Notes under the pieces: model-generated | Databases searched by the model: none | The model's input: only the letters and a program-made list of their open reading frames with translations | Told to the model about the DNA's origin: nothing | NCBI GenBank assembly: GCA_951406725.2 | Contig: OX597817.1 | Span: forward strand, 68,076,001-68,140,000 | Length of the DNA stretch: 64,000 nt | DNA from: Octopus vulgaris | Lineage: Eukaryota | Direction of reading: 5' to 3' | Part shown: in pieces, positions 1 through 13,789 of the stretch | Layout of the letters: every line of letters starts with the position of its first letter | Numbering within the stretch: the stretch's first letter is position 1 | Translations under genes and position numbers: made by a program

Positions 1-185
1 TCAACAGAAAGATACAGAGAGAGAGAAAAACACAGAAAGAAGGAGAGAAAAAAAATGCGTGCAGTAGCTAACGAATCAACATGGCGATCTGATTTCGGCC
101 AGAGGTCAAAGATCAAACATGAGACGCGAGAGCGAAATAAGGGGAGATAATAGGGTTGATAAAAGGGTTGAGGGACCAGCTAGTA

Positions 186-510
186 GTGCGTAGGAGGGGT
201 CTGGATGTGTGTATGTATAGGGTTGGTGTATGTATTAGTATGTATAAGGGTGTGTGTGTGTGTATGAGAGAGTATTAGTGCGTAGGATTGGTCTGGACGT
301 GCGTATGTATGGGGTTGGTGTATGTATTAGTATGTATTAGTATGTATTAGTACGTATTGGTATGTATAAGTGTGTGTGTGTGTGTATGAGAGAGTATAAG
401 TGCGTATGCGGGGTCTGGACGTGTGTATGTATAGGGTTGGTGTATGTATTAGTATGTACTAGTATGTATTAGTACGTATTAGTATGTATTAGTTGGTGTG
501 TGTATTAGTA
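186..510. repeat. Three imperfect ~90-125 bp tandem units with internal 11-mer (TATGTATTAGT) repeats in the PLE 3' UTR
   Basis: agtgcgta...ggtctggaYgtg...gggttggtgtatgtattagta recurs at ~186, ~277 and ~399. Confidence 0.8.
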
Positions 511-831
511 TGGCACATCATATGTGATGTGGTGTGTAAAGTCATGTGGTGTAGTGAGGAGAAGAGGGGGAGGGGGAGAAGAGGGGGAGAGAAGGGGAGG
601 GGAAGAAGAGGGGGAGGAGAGGGGGAAGAGGAGAGGATGGGGGAGGAGGGGGATGAAGGAGGAAAGAGGAAGAGGGAGAGAGAGAAGGGGAGAGAGGGAG
701 TGAGGGAGCAGAGGGAAGGGGAAGAGGGAGGGAGAAAGAGGGAAGAAGGGAAGGGGAGTAGGGGTGAAAGGATGAAGGACTGAAGAAGTAGGGGTCGGGG
801 GAAAGGATAGGTGAGGAGGGGGGAGAGGGGG

Positions 832-1935
832 TTAGATGAGGAGGGGGGGAGAGTTGAGACCAAATGGCGTATAAGAGCGAAGAGGGAAGATTAATTCCTG
901 TTCACGGCGCAAACGGGAATCCGGATGGCCTCTGTGTAAGGACAAACCGAACACAGATAGGTGTTGCAAGGAGTGACCGGTGGAGCGGAAATGGCGTGAG
1001 ACCGGTGTGTCGTTCGCAAGGTGGATGTCACGAAGGTGTTCCGCGAACCGGTCAGCCAAGCGGCGTCCCGTTTGTCCGATGTACAAGGAATTGCAGAGAG
1101 AGCAAGAGATGCAATAGATAATATTGCTGGAGGTGCAGGTGAAGGAGTGGATGATGGGATAGGGTCGATGGTGGGTGCTAGTGAGGCGGGTGGTGTTGGA
1201 GAGGTAAGGGCAAGTGCGGCAACGTGGGCGGGAGCAGGGGAACGAGCCGGGTTGGGAGGTAGGGTCAGGGAAGGAGCTATGGACCAAAAGGTCTCGAAGG
1301 TTGTGGGCTCGTTTGAAAGAGGGGAGGGGTCGGTTAGGGAAGAGGTGTGAAGTGGACGGGTCGGACTGGAGATGACGGAAAGCTCGAAGAATGGTGCGTT
1401 GGAGACGTAGGGTCGTGGGGTGATAAGTGAGGGGAAAGGGAGGCGGGAGACTACAGGGCGGGTTCGGGGAGAGAGAGCAGATACACGGTCCACGGACCGT
1501 GCTCTGGCAAGGGCGGTGTGGATAGTGGTGAGGGGGTATCCACGTAGGGTGAAGTGGTGAGCCATACGTTGAGACTGAGTCTCAAAGTCATGGTCGTCAC
1601 TACAGAGCCTACGTAGACGGAGGAATTGGGAATAGGGGATGGAAAGCTTGGTGTGTTCTGGGTGGGAGGAAGAGAAGTTGAGGTATGAGTGTGAGTCTGT
1701 GTGTTTGTAGTGAATGGAGGTGGTAAGAGTGGAGTGAAGAATGCTAACCGAAATGTCGAGGAAGGAGACAGAGGTGTTGGAGATAGTGGAAGTGAAGTGG
1801 AGGGCTGGATGGAAAGATTGGACGAAAGAGAGGAAGGAATCTAGATGTTCGCGGGAGAGTGAGGTGGCACCGATAATGTCGTCAATGTAACGACCATATA
1901 GTTCAGGAGTGGGACCAGTGAAATTAGAGAATATT
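832..1935 (-). pseudogene. PLE reverse transcriptase C-terminus/thumb plus GIY-YIG endonuclease, one frameshift
   Basis: Manual translation gives ...[13 protein letters not shown] (YIDD at 1878-1889)...SFLDISV...HYKHTDSHSYL...IPYSQFLRLRRLCS...RGYP. A 1-bp loss in the G run at 1431-1434 shifts the frame into ...CSRPRCRTC...NIIYCISCSLCNSLYIGQTGRRLADRFAEH...RHF...REQELI...GLN. The CxxxxCxxC linker is Neptune-like. Confidence 0.92.
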
Positions 1936-1937
1936 AT

Positions 1938-2187
1938 TATGTATGTATGTATGTATGTATGTATGTATGTATGTATGTATGTATGTATGTATGTATGTAT
2001 GTGTGTATGGTTGGGCGTACATACTCTCTGTCACTTTCTCTCTTTCTCCCTCTCATACATATATCCCTTGATAGGGTACTAATCAATTAGATGTTTCACT
2101 TTTAGATAGAAATTTCCAGAACTCTCATTATTTACACAATGCTTCTTGTCTCATGTAAAGAAGATAATTATATCTATCTATCTATCA

Positions 2188-2257
<70 letters not shown>

Positions 2258-2446
2258 ATATCTATCTATCTCCCTATCTCTCTCTCTCTATGTATATATA
2301 TTTCTCTCTCTATCTATATCTCTCTCCCACTCTCTGTCTGTCGCTGTCTATCTGTCTGTATTTCTCTCTCTCTCTCTCTCTCTATGTATGTATGTATGTA
2401 TGTATGTATGTATGTATGTATGTATGTATGTATGTATGTATGTATG

Positions 2447-2541
<95 letters not shown>

Positions 2542-2545
2542 TTAT
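1938..2545. repeat. Compound microsatellites (ATGT)n, (TATC)n, (TC)n
   Basis: Directly visible tetranucleotide and dinucleotide arrays. Confidence 0.95.
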
Positions 2546-4730
2546 GCAGGTAAACAATTGTAACTCTAAATGCTGTTTTGTTCTCACAGAGATTTGAAAT
2601 CGATATTTTGTTTAAATTTTATTTCATGACATGAAGCAAATAGGACCCTGCTTTATCGTAAATAATTTTTCTTAAATGATCTCGTTTGTATTTTAGACAG
2701 CTCAGTCGATTGCTGGAGCTCAAAATATACAGTTCTAATCAGAAATGCCAATGTGTCTTCTGCAACGGATCTGATTTCATAATCACAAGAGCAAGAAGTT
2801 CGATAACTTATCCATAACTTATCGGTCTTTACTATGTCTAGATTGACAAACTAGTTGAAAATATTAAAACTTCTTGATACAAACACAGCGCCACAAAGAA
2901 GACAGAAATCAAAGCCCCCTTGGCAGGCAGGTCAGGACCCTATCAAATCGATCAGCTATAACTTTGTTATCAGCCATAAAAAAAGTTATAAATAATAACA
3001 CAAAATGTTTTTACATTTATCTTTACTGTTCTGCAATGAAGTAGTTTAGTAGATAATATATAAGGCATTCAAGCTCACTACAGTCGATAATGCGTGTATA
3101 ATTCCAGCTCTTTGAATGTTGCCCACCAGAGGCCAAACTGAATGTTAGTAAAGAATAATATTTTAAATTTTTGCTTCTTATTTATCATTAGAACTTGTTT
3201 ATTTTTGTGTGTGAGTGCCAGACTGAACTTCCTTAAAGTCGATAAAATCTCATCGTTTAAATGTAGACAGAGACAAGCTAGTTCCACGAATTTGGACATT
3301 TTCAAAGAAGAGGTTTTTTCGTGAATGCAAAAATAATATAGAATAGTTTTCACTATTAGACATCAAGGAAATTTTTTTGGCGTAATAATAGTTGCTTTCT
3401 TATTCTACGTTAACGAATGGAAGAATGTCTCTTAGTTATTTATACCCTACGCTAACGGGAAAGGGAAAAGGAAAAAAAAAAGTAGAGAACAAAACAAATG
3501 AATGTCACTGGCAAAAATGAATAAAGATTTGCGATAAATTCTACTGAAGATGGACAATTTGGAAGCAGAAGGAAATAATGAATAATTGTAATTCTGTGTA
3601 TTTAGTCCCGACACAAATGGTGTTTAAAGAAGGAATAATTTCGGAGAAATATGCATAATCAATTCTCTCTCATTTCCTTTTCCTGCTTTTCTCCTCTTCC
3701 CTCTCTTTCTCTCCGTATTTTTCCATAGAATGTTGCGAATTTGGCTTAACTGTTTGAGTTTACCATTTCCAATACTGAAAATGATTGCTTCAAATCTTAT
3801 TCCATCGGTCAATAAATTCTCACGAAATATATAAAATGGGAAAACGAAATGATTAAATACGTGAGGGACTCTTCTTAGAAAAGAAACCCATATTTATTAG
3901 TTCGTTATCCAACAAAATTTATACGGAAATGAAAATAGTCAAGTGGAAATCGACATCATTCAATAGTTTTTGCCTGAAATAAAATATATAAATATAGCAT
4001 TTACCATAGTAAAATAAAATTAGCTCAGGGAAATGACTGCAGCAATCAGTGGTGTACCAAATGACGAATGCATAAAAAAATTCTCAACTTAGAATTGCCC
4101 TTTAGTTAGAGAAGGAAAACAAAGCTTGTGCTAATTTTTAGTGGCTTTCAAAGCTCAGGAAGATAAGAAATTAAGAATTAATCGTTTAAAGTTATTTTAC
4201 ATGCTTATGGCAAAATCTGATCTTTGTTTAGAGGTTAATAGGCAGCTGTGGACTTGTTTCAGTCCGTGATACTTTTTTTTCATCGAGAGACATTTTATCA
4301 AACCAAATTCTAACTAAAACGAGCTTTCATGGGAGAATAATTATATTTATAGAAGATTTCAACTGTACAATAATTTCAAATATCAAATAAGTACTAAGTG
4401 CAGATTGCAGAAATTAAAAAAATAGAATAATTTTTAATATACAATAAAAATAGACTTCCCATCTAAAAATTCTACTCATTATAGGCTGAAAAATGGCAAC
4501 ACGTTCTGCCAGCCTTTAGCATTGTTGGTAGTAACAAACTATTTTGTTTACGTTCACATGGTATATATAAAACTCTATGTTTTTATATATACCTATTTTT
4601 TAAGGAAGTATTTTTATATATACTTATTATTTTAAGGGAATTTATTCTTCCAAAACACTAGGTATTTCCTTGGATGAAACCATCCCTTCATGAGGTTTAC
4701 GCATTCTCTAATTAAATTTATATATGTACA

Positions 4731-4816
<86 letters not shown>

Positions 4817-6193
4817 GCAGAAGCAGTAGTAGATTGAAATATGTATTTGTGAATCATACGTAATGTGAATACATCGCGAAAATGCAAATTTATTGTGGTA
4901 TTCATGTAGCGATAGTATCTTGTGTTTAAAAACATTATATAGCGGAAAGAGATGAAAATCTTTCCAGTAGCGGCTAGTGAGAATGCCAGGTACGAATTTG
5001 TACCTTGTTGGGCATTGTCATGTATATACGCATATATGTATAGGAGATTATGCACAAATATATTTGTAATGATATAAATATATATGTAGGTGTTATCTGG
5101 ATGCGTGAGAAAGGAACATGCGTTGTGGGATAAGACGTCGAATTCTGGGGTAAAAAATTATGAAGAATGAATTCAAATAGGAATATTAAGTAAGAATAAC
5201 AAAATAAAAATTGCTTCTTAAATGTATTGAAACTAAAATTCAGATATGGATAGGAGTTTAGGAAGTTATAACGCTCTTGTAAGAAAGATAATGGTATCAG
5301 AAGGATAACACTGGGATAGCATTGAAATGAATGTAGAATAAAGCTCAAAATGATATTTTGCGAAATGTTATTTCTGTTAATAATCCATGTATGTATATAT
5401 TTGGCAATAAAATAGCGACTGCTTGTTTATAGTTCGAACTGACGTTAACGGTATCGGTCTGTTCTCTTCGTGTCGGCACTTTGAAATTAATTCCGGCTTT
5501 TTATTCAATATTATAAGTTTTATATGTTGTTTTTTGTAGAGAATAAAAATTCACTGTTAGACGTGATATAACTGGATGCGTCGTGAAAATAATAAAACTG
5601 TTGAAAAATAAAATAATGCTAAAAAAAAACATTAAAAAAATGAAAAATATTAACTGAAATTTTTAGTATAAAGTTTTAATATAACACGAAATATAACTGT
5701 AGACGTGTCGATTAAAATAAAAAAAGGAAATTATTGTTGTACTCTATGTAGCAAAAACTAAGAATTATACTTTTTGATAACAAGAATTTGAATAAATAAG
5801 TAAATACTTTTTAATAAATAATAGAAATATAAAAAAAAAATTATGATTATTTTTTCATAATAATATTAATAATATTTTTTAAAATTCAGAATGTTGTGTA
5901 AAAAATATGAATATGTGAATTTTAATTAATATTTGGTATAGGTGCAGGCATGGCTATGTGGTTGAAACGCTCAATTTACAACCTCGTGATTTCATAATCC
6001 CATGATTTAGAACTTCACTGAAAATTTTAAGGGCAAGTTAAATATTAAAGGGGTTAAATATTTTAAATAGCCCCTGAATTAAATCCATTTCTGCTCAATA
6101 GATAAAAAGAAATATAAAAAAAGGAAGATGTTAAAAGTAGCGTTAGTAAGGAAAGAAAAAACAATGGTGATCTTAGACCCAGGGCTGATCATA

Positions 6194-6715
6194 CCTTTTA
6201 CTTGTTTCAGTTGCAGGATTGCGGCCATGCTGGGGTACCAACTTGAAGGTTTTAATCAAACAGATCGACCCCAGTATTAAGTTTTGGGTCGAGAACTTAA
6301 TTTATCGGTCTCTTTTGCCGAACCGCAAAGTCATGGGGATTAAAGAAACTGGTGCCTGTTATCGAGTGGTTGTGGGGCATCACTTTCGAGAGTCTAGTTG
6401 ACTGAATCAACTCTATAGCGTGTTTTATCAATTCCTATATTTTTTAGCCACTTAAAAAGGGACCACAAATAACCACAATATAAACAAACCCGGTGTTTAA
6501 GCTGGTGTAATTACGCAGGTGTAAGCACAAGAACACACACACATACACACACACACACACACACAAACACACACATATATTCTCCGCACACTCACTCGCA
6601 TATACACACACATAGCAGTTCCGTCTACCTAATTCAACTCATCCCCAAGGTGCCATGCAATGGTATTTGACCAGGAACCGCGTTGTTGCAAAACGAATAT
6701 ACATAACATTTTTGC
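6194..6715 (-). mobile_element. Diverged tRNA-derived SINE, family A
   Basis: Shares tail cttttacttgtttcag...gcggccatgctgg, core ctcttttgccgaaccgc, internal (CA)n and cccaaggtgccatgca with the other family A copies. Confidence 0.65.
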
Positions 6716-7314
6716 ATACATTTTCTATCTTATGCATGAATTGTGCTAAAATATATTGATTTTCTTTAAAGTGCACAAGTATAAATAGTCTGAGAGCCAC
6801 TAATATAGGAAGTAGCCTAGACATGCCATTCTATTATCTATCTTACTTATGTTTTCTAATATTTCTTCAATACTGATATTATTCTATGTATGAGAATTCG
6901 TTATTTGTGTGTCTGTTTTTGCTACAATGGACTTAGCAATGGTGTTGCTTGAAACTAAGCATTAAGACTCTTATTTGACGGCATAAAAGATGCACAGGTA
7001 TATTAGTGTACTCCAATTTCAGCAGTACTTATTTAGGAAAAGATGTTCTTCAACTTAACTTAATTTAAACTACAAGAGAGATTTGCCGTCCGTTAATGGT
7101 ACATCACTTCATGAAGGAAACCACGCGTTTTTAGTACATCAAAGCATGTAATATTGACCGTGTTTCGCAGATAAGATCCGGGATGATGTTTTGGGATGTT
7201 CTTTTTTGGGGAAAGGGCAGCTTATATACCGTCAGATACGGTAATAAAGAAATATGAGCGAAAATCATTAAACAAAAACATTAAACTGGAACGTATTTGT
7301 GCCTACAATTGAAC

Positions 7315-7381
<67 letters not shown>

Positions 7382-7582
7382 CTCACATATACACTCCTAC
7401 AATTCCACACTCTTTCAAATTAAATTCAATATTAGCTCCATAGCATGTATTTTTTTTACAGATGTGTCTTCTACATGTTTCTATAATGGCGCCATTTCCA
7501 ATGTTGTGCACTTGTTACTTTACCTAAACAGTTATGTAAATCGGGATACATTTTAATTCGCAGCTTGAGAGTATCTTGAGAG

Positions 7583-7669
<87 letters not shown>

Positions 7670-7699
7670 ACATAATATATATATATATATATAATAATA

Positions 7700-7950
7700 A
7701 AAAATGGGACAAGAACACAATGCATCCGGACAGCTAGATGATACAAAAATGGGACAACAAAGCATCCAGAAAGACGATACAAAGAAATCAAGGACGGGTC
7801 ATTCGAAATTTTCTTTCGTCAGTCAAGCACCAGATTATCCTCGCAATTTCGGCTGATTATACTTGAGTTTGCTCCAATCTGGCCAGCCCCAAGGAAAAAA
7901 CTAAGCTAAGATCATAAGATTCCTTGGAAGAAAGCAGCGAATGTGTATTT
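7700..7950 (-). mobile_element. Fragment of unclassified repeat family D abutting (TA)n
   Basis: Homologous to 39260-39480 (caaggacgggYcattcg...tcRtcagtcaag...cagattatcct...tttcggctg...aagctaaga). Confidence 0.7.
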
Positions 7951-8129
7951 CTTTTAAAACTAACCTTTATCTATGTTTATCATGTTATACGTCTTAAAAG
8001 TGTATAAATTTTGAATTGTGTATATAATTTATTTTTGTTCCTGTTGGACTCCTCTTATTTGTCCATTATAGCTTTTTTTCTGTTTGACAGCAATCATTTT
8101 CTTTACCTCCGTCCCCAAGATGGAGCCAT

Positions 8130-8388
8130 CGTTTAGCTAAGCTTAAAGAACGCATTCAGTTAGCAGTGCAGGAGCTAACTCCTGAAATGCTTCAAAATGT
8201 GTTTCACAACGCTAAGGAGAGATTTGAAGTATGCAGGGATACAGACATGTAGAAAATTTTCAATAAAAGTTTGACCTAAGAGTTATAAATCTATTTGTTT
8301 TTGGTAATAAACGTAAAATTCTGTAAGTATTTTTTAAAAAATTGTTTAATTTCATTGAAACAAATAATTAATTCTGAAACACCATGTA
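8130..8388 (+). mobile_element. 3' remnant of a Tc1/mariner-superfamily transposon
   Basis: Translates LAKLKERIQLAVQELTPEMLQNVFHNAKERFEVCRDT, a transposase C-terminus pattern, and ends in a TIR-like ttctgaaacaccatg-TA. Confidence 0.6.
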
Positions 8389-8522
8389 CAGTGTTGCGTT
8401 GATGGTTGTTGCATTGCGCGAGTAAATATTAAAATCAAAGGTCTCCTCAACGTAAATATCCCATCATTTTGTTAAGCATATTGTATTAAGGAGTATATTA
8501 TCCAAAATGTATCTCGCCTTTA

Positions 8523-8642
8523 TAGGCGTGGCTGTGTGGTTGATAAGCTTGCTTTCCAACCGTGTCGCTTTGAGTTCAGTCCCACTGTGTGGCACCTTGG
8601 GCAATTCTCTTTCATTGCAGCTCCATGCCGACCAAAGCCTTG
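8523..8642 (+). mobile_element. SINE family A 5' fragment
   Basis: tggctgtgtgg (A box), gagttcagtccc (B-like box), ggcaccttgggcaa. Confidence 0.7.
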
Positions 8643-9571
8643 TGTATTATATAATTACCATTACTGTATTGATATTTAGAATAACACACAACTCACTTAT
8701 GATTCTCATATAATAAACAGACAGAGGTTTGTGTATGAAATTGATCTTTTTTCTACTTCAATTATTACATGTTTTTTTTCTTATAAAATACATACAAGAA
8801 GAGTAACTCTCTCTATATAATAACACTTTGAACGTGGCTCTTGAGAAAGAGTAAAAGTAATTACCCGATAAACAACAGGTACTACTGCTAGTTAACTATA
8901 AATTTACCGTATGATTATTTTTCCCCAAACATTTCTATTTTTACTTTATTTTTCTCGTTTTTCTTTATTTTACCTTATCCCTAATTATATTCAAATCAAT
9001 CTTTAATCCCTTCACCGAGCATAAATTATAAACCCTAATATTTAGTCTGCTCAACTGAATTGATAGGTCGGCATGTAACATTTCAAGGTATATATTTTTC
9101 TCAGATGAAATTATGCTCAGGTTACATAAATGCAAATTTAATGCACAAATTAGTAATTGAATTGTTGAGTATTAATTGAAATGGCTGTAAGAAGAAAAGA
9201 TGACCAATTTGTTAACGGTAAATAATTATTAACTTCCTACTCTCCATTTTCTTTTTATCATTTAACTGGATATAAATTATATGCTTAATATATACCTATT
9301 GTTTTAAGGGAATTTCATTCTTCAATAATACTAGGTATTGAACCCGTATTTCCTTGGATGTAACTATCCCTTTACGAGGTTAACGTATCCTCAAATCAAA
9401 TTTATATTTATTAACGATTTTTTCATAGCGTTTTTGTTTGTCTAAATGACTGTTGAGATCCCAGAACAGACTTTAGTGCCGGCATCCGAAAGTCTGAGTT
9501 TATTAAGACAACCATCTAATTGTCACATATATTTATACATAAATTCCTCTATTTGAGATAATATATATATA

Positions 9572-9916
<345 letters not shown>

Positions 9917-9948
9917 TATATATGTATATATATATATGTATATAAATA

Positions 9949-10056
9949 TTCTATAATTATAAACATAATTATAATTAGGGTTCAGCTAATTGCTTCACCA
10001 CATACCGAATTTAGAATTTGATTAATTAATTAATTTTACATTTTTATTATTAATTA

Positions 10057-10114
<58 letters not shown>

Positions 10115-10230
10115 TAATTAATAATAAAACGGTAAAATTAATTAATTACTTAATTAATCAAATTCTAAATTCGGTATGTGATGAAGCAATTAGCTGACCC
10201 CTAATTATAATTACGTTTATAATTATAGAA
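9949..10230. repeat. Foldback element: ~115-bp inverted arms around a (TA)n-rich spacer
   Basis: 9949-10062 is the reverse complement of 10109-10230 with a few substitutions and small indels. Confidence 0.85.
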
Positions 10231-10603
10231 CATACATACATACATACATACATACATACATACATACATACATACATACATACATACATACATACGTGGA
10301 CACACAAGCATATATATTTACAGATATATATATATATTTCCATGCGTATATATATATATTTATATATATATATATATCGAATCGAAGTATTACTCACTCG
10401 TACGGTGAGTTATCTCCTTTTTTAAAAGTAAACTATTCGATAATTTGCGATAATTATAGGTCGATAAATCTAATTAGTGGGACTGATTGGAATGCGATGG
10501 TGCTAGAATAACTGATTCAGTTATTCCAGCACGATTGCATTCCAATCCCAGAATATCACATACGTTGTATAAATGTCATGAATATATTCTAACAAATAGT
10601 AAG

Positions 10604-10990
10604 GGAAGCACTCCGTCGGTTACGACGATGAGGGTTCCGGTTGATCCGAATCAACGGAACATCCTGCTCGTGAAATTAACGTGTAAGTGGCTGAGCACTC
10701 CACAGACACGTGTACTCTTAACGTAGTTCTCGGGGATATTCAGCGTGACACAGAGAGTGACAAGGCCGGCCCCTTGAAATACAGGTACAACAGAAACAGG
10801 AAGTAAGAGTGAGAGAAAGTTGTGGTGAAAGAGTACAGCAGGGATCACCACCATCCCCTGCCGGAGCCTCGTGGAGCTTTTTTAGGTGTTTTCGCTCAAT
10901 AAACACTCACAACGCCCGGTCTGGGAATCGAAACCGCAATCCTATGATCGCGAGTCCGCTGCCCTAACCACTGGGCCATTGCGTCTCCAC
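10604..10990 (-). mobile_element. Full-length tRNA-derived SINE, family B variant, with 13-bp TSD
   Basis: A box TGGCCCAGTGG and B box GTTTCGATTCC on the minus strand. TSD AACAAATAGTAAG at 10591-10603 and 10991-11003. Confidence 0.9.
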
Positions 10991-11618
10991 AACAAATAGT
11001 AAGAAATCCTTAATGAAATAATTGGTCCAGTTCGTTCACACTTCTAAAGCCTTGTTGCTCATTCACTGGATCTGTCTTCAGACTGAGTCTAAATATATGT
11101 TCATTACATGCTTTATATGTGAATGCCATTATATAACTATATATATATATATGATGGCTGGCCCCTCGTTATCAAGTATGGCCATTGCACGAAGCTTAAC
11201 TGTTATTGGTGCTGAGATCGAATGTGACTTTTATTTGCTTTTTAAGGCTACAGCCAGCTATTCAGTTGAAACTCACAGCACTATCAACAATCATGAACAA
11301 TATTGCTATCGTGCAATGCCTGTGCAAGAAGATTTTTTTTTAAGTGAGGAAAGGCTGTGCACTGAATCAATCCCACTCACTAAGCAACAGCAGCCATAAT
11401 CCGAAAAGAAGAACAAGCCATCATCATCGGAAATCACTGAGCCGCAGGTTTTATATCATAGTTATCCCAGTTACATGAGTTACCTTCTCCTAGAACGATG
11501 TCCTAACAAAGGCTAGGAGTCCTTCATTCCCAATGGTTTAACCACGCGATCGGGTATTCAGTCCGATTATTTCTATGTACCCGCGCATGATACAGCCTTA
11601 AGCCTTAAAAAAATACAC

Positions 11619-11649
<31 letters not shown>

Positions 11650-11801
11650 ATCGCTCGATAATGTAAAGTATAGAAGCCATCTTAATATGGCTAACCACAA
11701 AGGGGAGGGGGTGTTACTGTAGCTCTATAGCCCCAGGAGATCATCGTCTCCAGCTGGCTTTAGACACCATTTCAGTGCCCTTGAAGTATTTGCCAAGGGA
11801 G

Positions 11802-11876
<75 letters not shown>

Positions 11877-11896
11877 CACACACACACATATATATG

Positions 11897-12217
11897 GGAG
11901 CACTCCATCGGCTACTACGGCGTGGGTACCAGCTGATACTATCAACGGAACAGCTTACTCATGAAATTAACGTTGTATGCGGCTGAGCACTCCACAGACA
12001 CGTGTACCCTTAACATAGTTCTCATGGAGATTCAGCGTGACACAGAGTGTGACAAGGCTGGCCCTTTGAAATACAGGTACTACTCATTTTTGCCAGCTGA
12101 GTGGACTGGAGCAACGTGAAATAAAGTGTCTTGCTCAAGGACACAACGCGTCGCTGGGAATTGAATTCACGACCTTAAGATCGCGAGCCGAATGCCTTAA
12201 CCACTAAGCCACGCGCC

Positions 12218-12218
<1 letters not shown>
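11897..12218 (-). mobile_element. tRNA-derived SINE, family B
   Basis: Head TGGCTTAGTGG, centre CCTTGAGCAAGACACTTTATTTCACGTTGCTCCAGTCCACTCAGCTG (resembles the Meta/MESC domain), 3' module shared with 10604-10790. Confidence 0.88.
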
Positions 12219-12253
<35 letters not shown>

Positions 12254-12689
12254 TGTATGTATGTATGTATGTATGTATTGTGTATGTATGTATGTGTGCA
12301 TGTATATATGTATATGCGTGCGTGAGTGTATGTGTGTGTGTATGTGTTTGTGTAAGTATGTGTGTATGTGTGTGTACTATGCACCACAACTTCATCAGAA
12401 GGATTGAAATAAATTTAGATAGTAGAAAGCCCAGCTGTGAGATAAATATACGAATGTAAATATTCTCCTACACTTTTGAGGTGCGAAGAGAAGCGGTGCG
12501 TAATCTCTTGAAGGACCGTTTTATGATTTTTTAAATACTCCCCAGGGAATAATTGCCCGGTTTCCTTTTCCAAAAATAGCATAGATTATTCGCCCTTTCT
12601 ATAACGTAGTCATAAATTATTCTGACATTAAATTTATAATATTGATAGCTTGTCGTTAATTATACAATATATATTTTATGCACTGCAGA

Positions 12690-12890
12690 AAGCGGTAAGC
12701 AGGCAGAATCGTTAGGACGTCAGGCTGAATGCTTAGCGGTATTTCTCCGGTCGCTACTTTCAAAGTTCAAATTTCTTCAAGATCCACTTTGCCTTTCATC
12801 CGTTTGGGGTCGATAAATTAAGTACTAGTGAAACACTGGGGTCAATGTAATCTTAAAATTTCAGCCCCTGTGACTATAGTAGAAAGGATA
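12690..12890 (+). mobile_element. Short tRNA-derived SINE, family C
   Basis: ggcagaatcgttag...ctttgcctttcatcc...gtcgataaattaagtac, homologous to 18888-19100 and 42935-43148. Confidence 0.8.
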
Positions 12891-12932
12891 TTTAATGCAC
12901 AGCAGAACTGAAATAAAATTGATTAGAAAGTC

Positions 12933-13171
12933 TCTTTTACTCTTTTCCTTGTTTCAGTCATTTAACTGTGACCATGCGGGAGTACCGCCTTTAGTCGAGC
13001 AAATCGACCCCATGACTTATTCTTTGTAAGCCTAGTACTTATTCTATTGGACACTTTTGCTGAACCGCTAAGTTACGGGGACGTAAACACACCAGCATCG
13101 GCTGTCAAGCGATGTTGGTGGTGGTGGGGGGACAAACACAGACACACAAAATACACAAACACATACACACG

Positions 13172-13222
<51 letters not shown>

Positions 13223-13384
13223 CTATATATATCATGGGCTTCTTTCAGTCAACCAAATCCACTCACAAGGCTTTGGTGAGACCGAAGCTAGAGTAGAAGA
13301 CACTTGCCGAAGGTGCCACGCAGTGGGACTGAACCCGGAACCATGTGGTTGGTAAGCAAGCTACTTATCACATAGCCACTCCTA
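12933..13384 (-). mobile_element. tRNA-derived SINE, family A, with internal (CA)n
   Basis: Head TGGCTATGTGA...GGGTTCAGTCCC, GGCACCTT-GGCAAGTGTCTTCTACT, tail ending gagtaaaag. Confidence 0.9.
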
Positions 13385-13789
13385 GCAGTGAGAGAAATAG
13401 AATGTAAACCTAATCCTTCTACCCATTTGGTGTGGAAGAAAAAGAATGAGAGTCTCCTAATAGACCGTTTCACGCGTTGTCGCCCGCCCCTCAGAGAAGA
13501 CGGACCTAGAAATATATATCACCGTGCTTTTCGGAGATTTTCATGAGACTATTGATCAATATTTGAAAACTCCCTTCCAGGGCGCGGACCTGTGCAAGCT
13601 TTATTATCGTCATCCATTTAATGAAAGACAAGGAGGTGCCTGTGCATATACGCCTTCTTCGTCCGCATCAGTGATATTCTCCGAGGGATAGATGATGACA
13701 AATAATACTTAATACAAAAGACACCACAGGTATTGCTGTCAAAGCACAAATATCAGAAGGTGTCTTGTTCGATGCTATAACAGTTCTGC

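Larger units (their letters stand above)
1..1935 (-). mobile_element. Penelope-like retroelement (Neptune-like), 5'-truncated; 3' end runs off the window start
   Basis: Minus strand encodes the RT C-terminus and a GIY-YIG endonuclease. The 3' UTR (1-831) has a purine-rich tract, a minisatellite and a pLTR-like end homologous to 9703-9758. The 5' break abuts (ATGT)n at ~1938. Confidence 0.93.

Noticed and set aside
186-510. CRISPR-like repeat/spacer appearance
   Set aside because: The units are degenerate tandem minisatellites in a eukaryotic PLE UTR, with no unique spacers or cas genes.
489-863. Pro/Ser-rich and Gly/Glu/Arg-rich ORFs
   Set aside because: This is a low-complexity polypurine tract in the PLE 3' UTR.
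9446-9525. Possible decayed HHR (CTGTTGA...ATC...TGTCAC) before (TA)n
   Set aside because: Too many core changes to support a call, although the context is suggestive.
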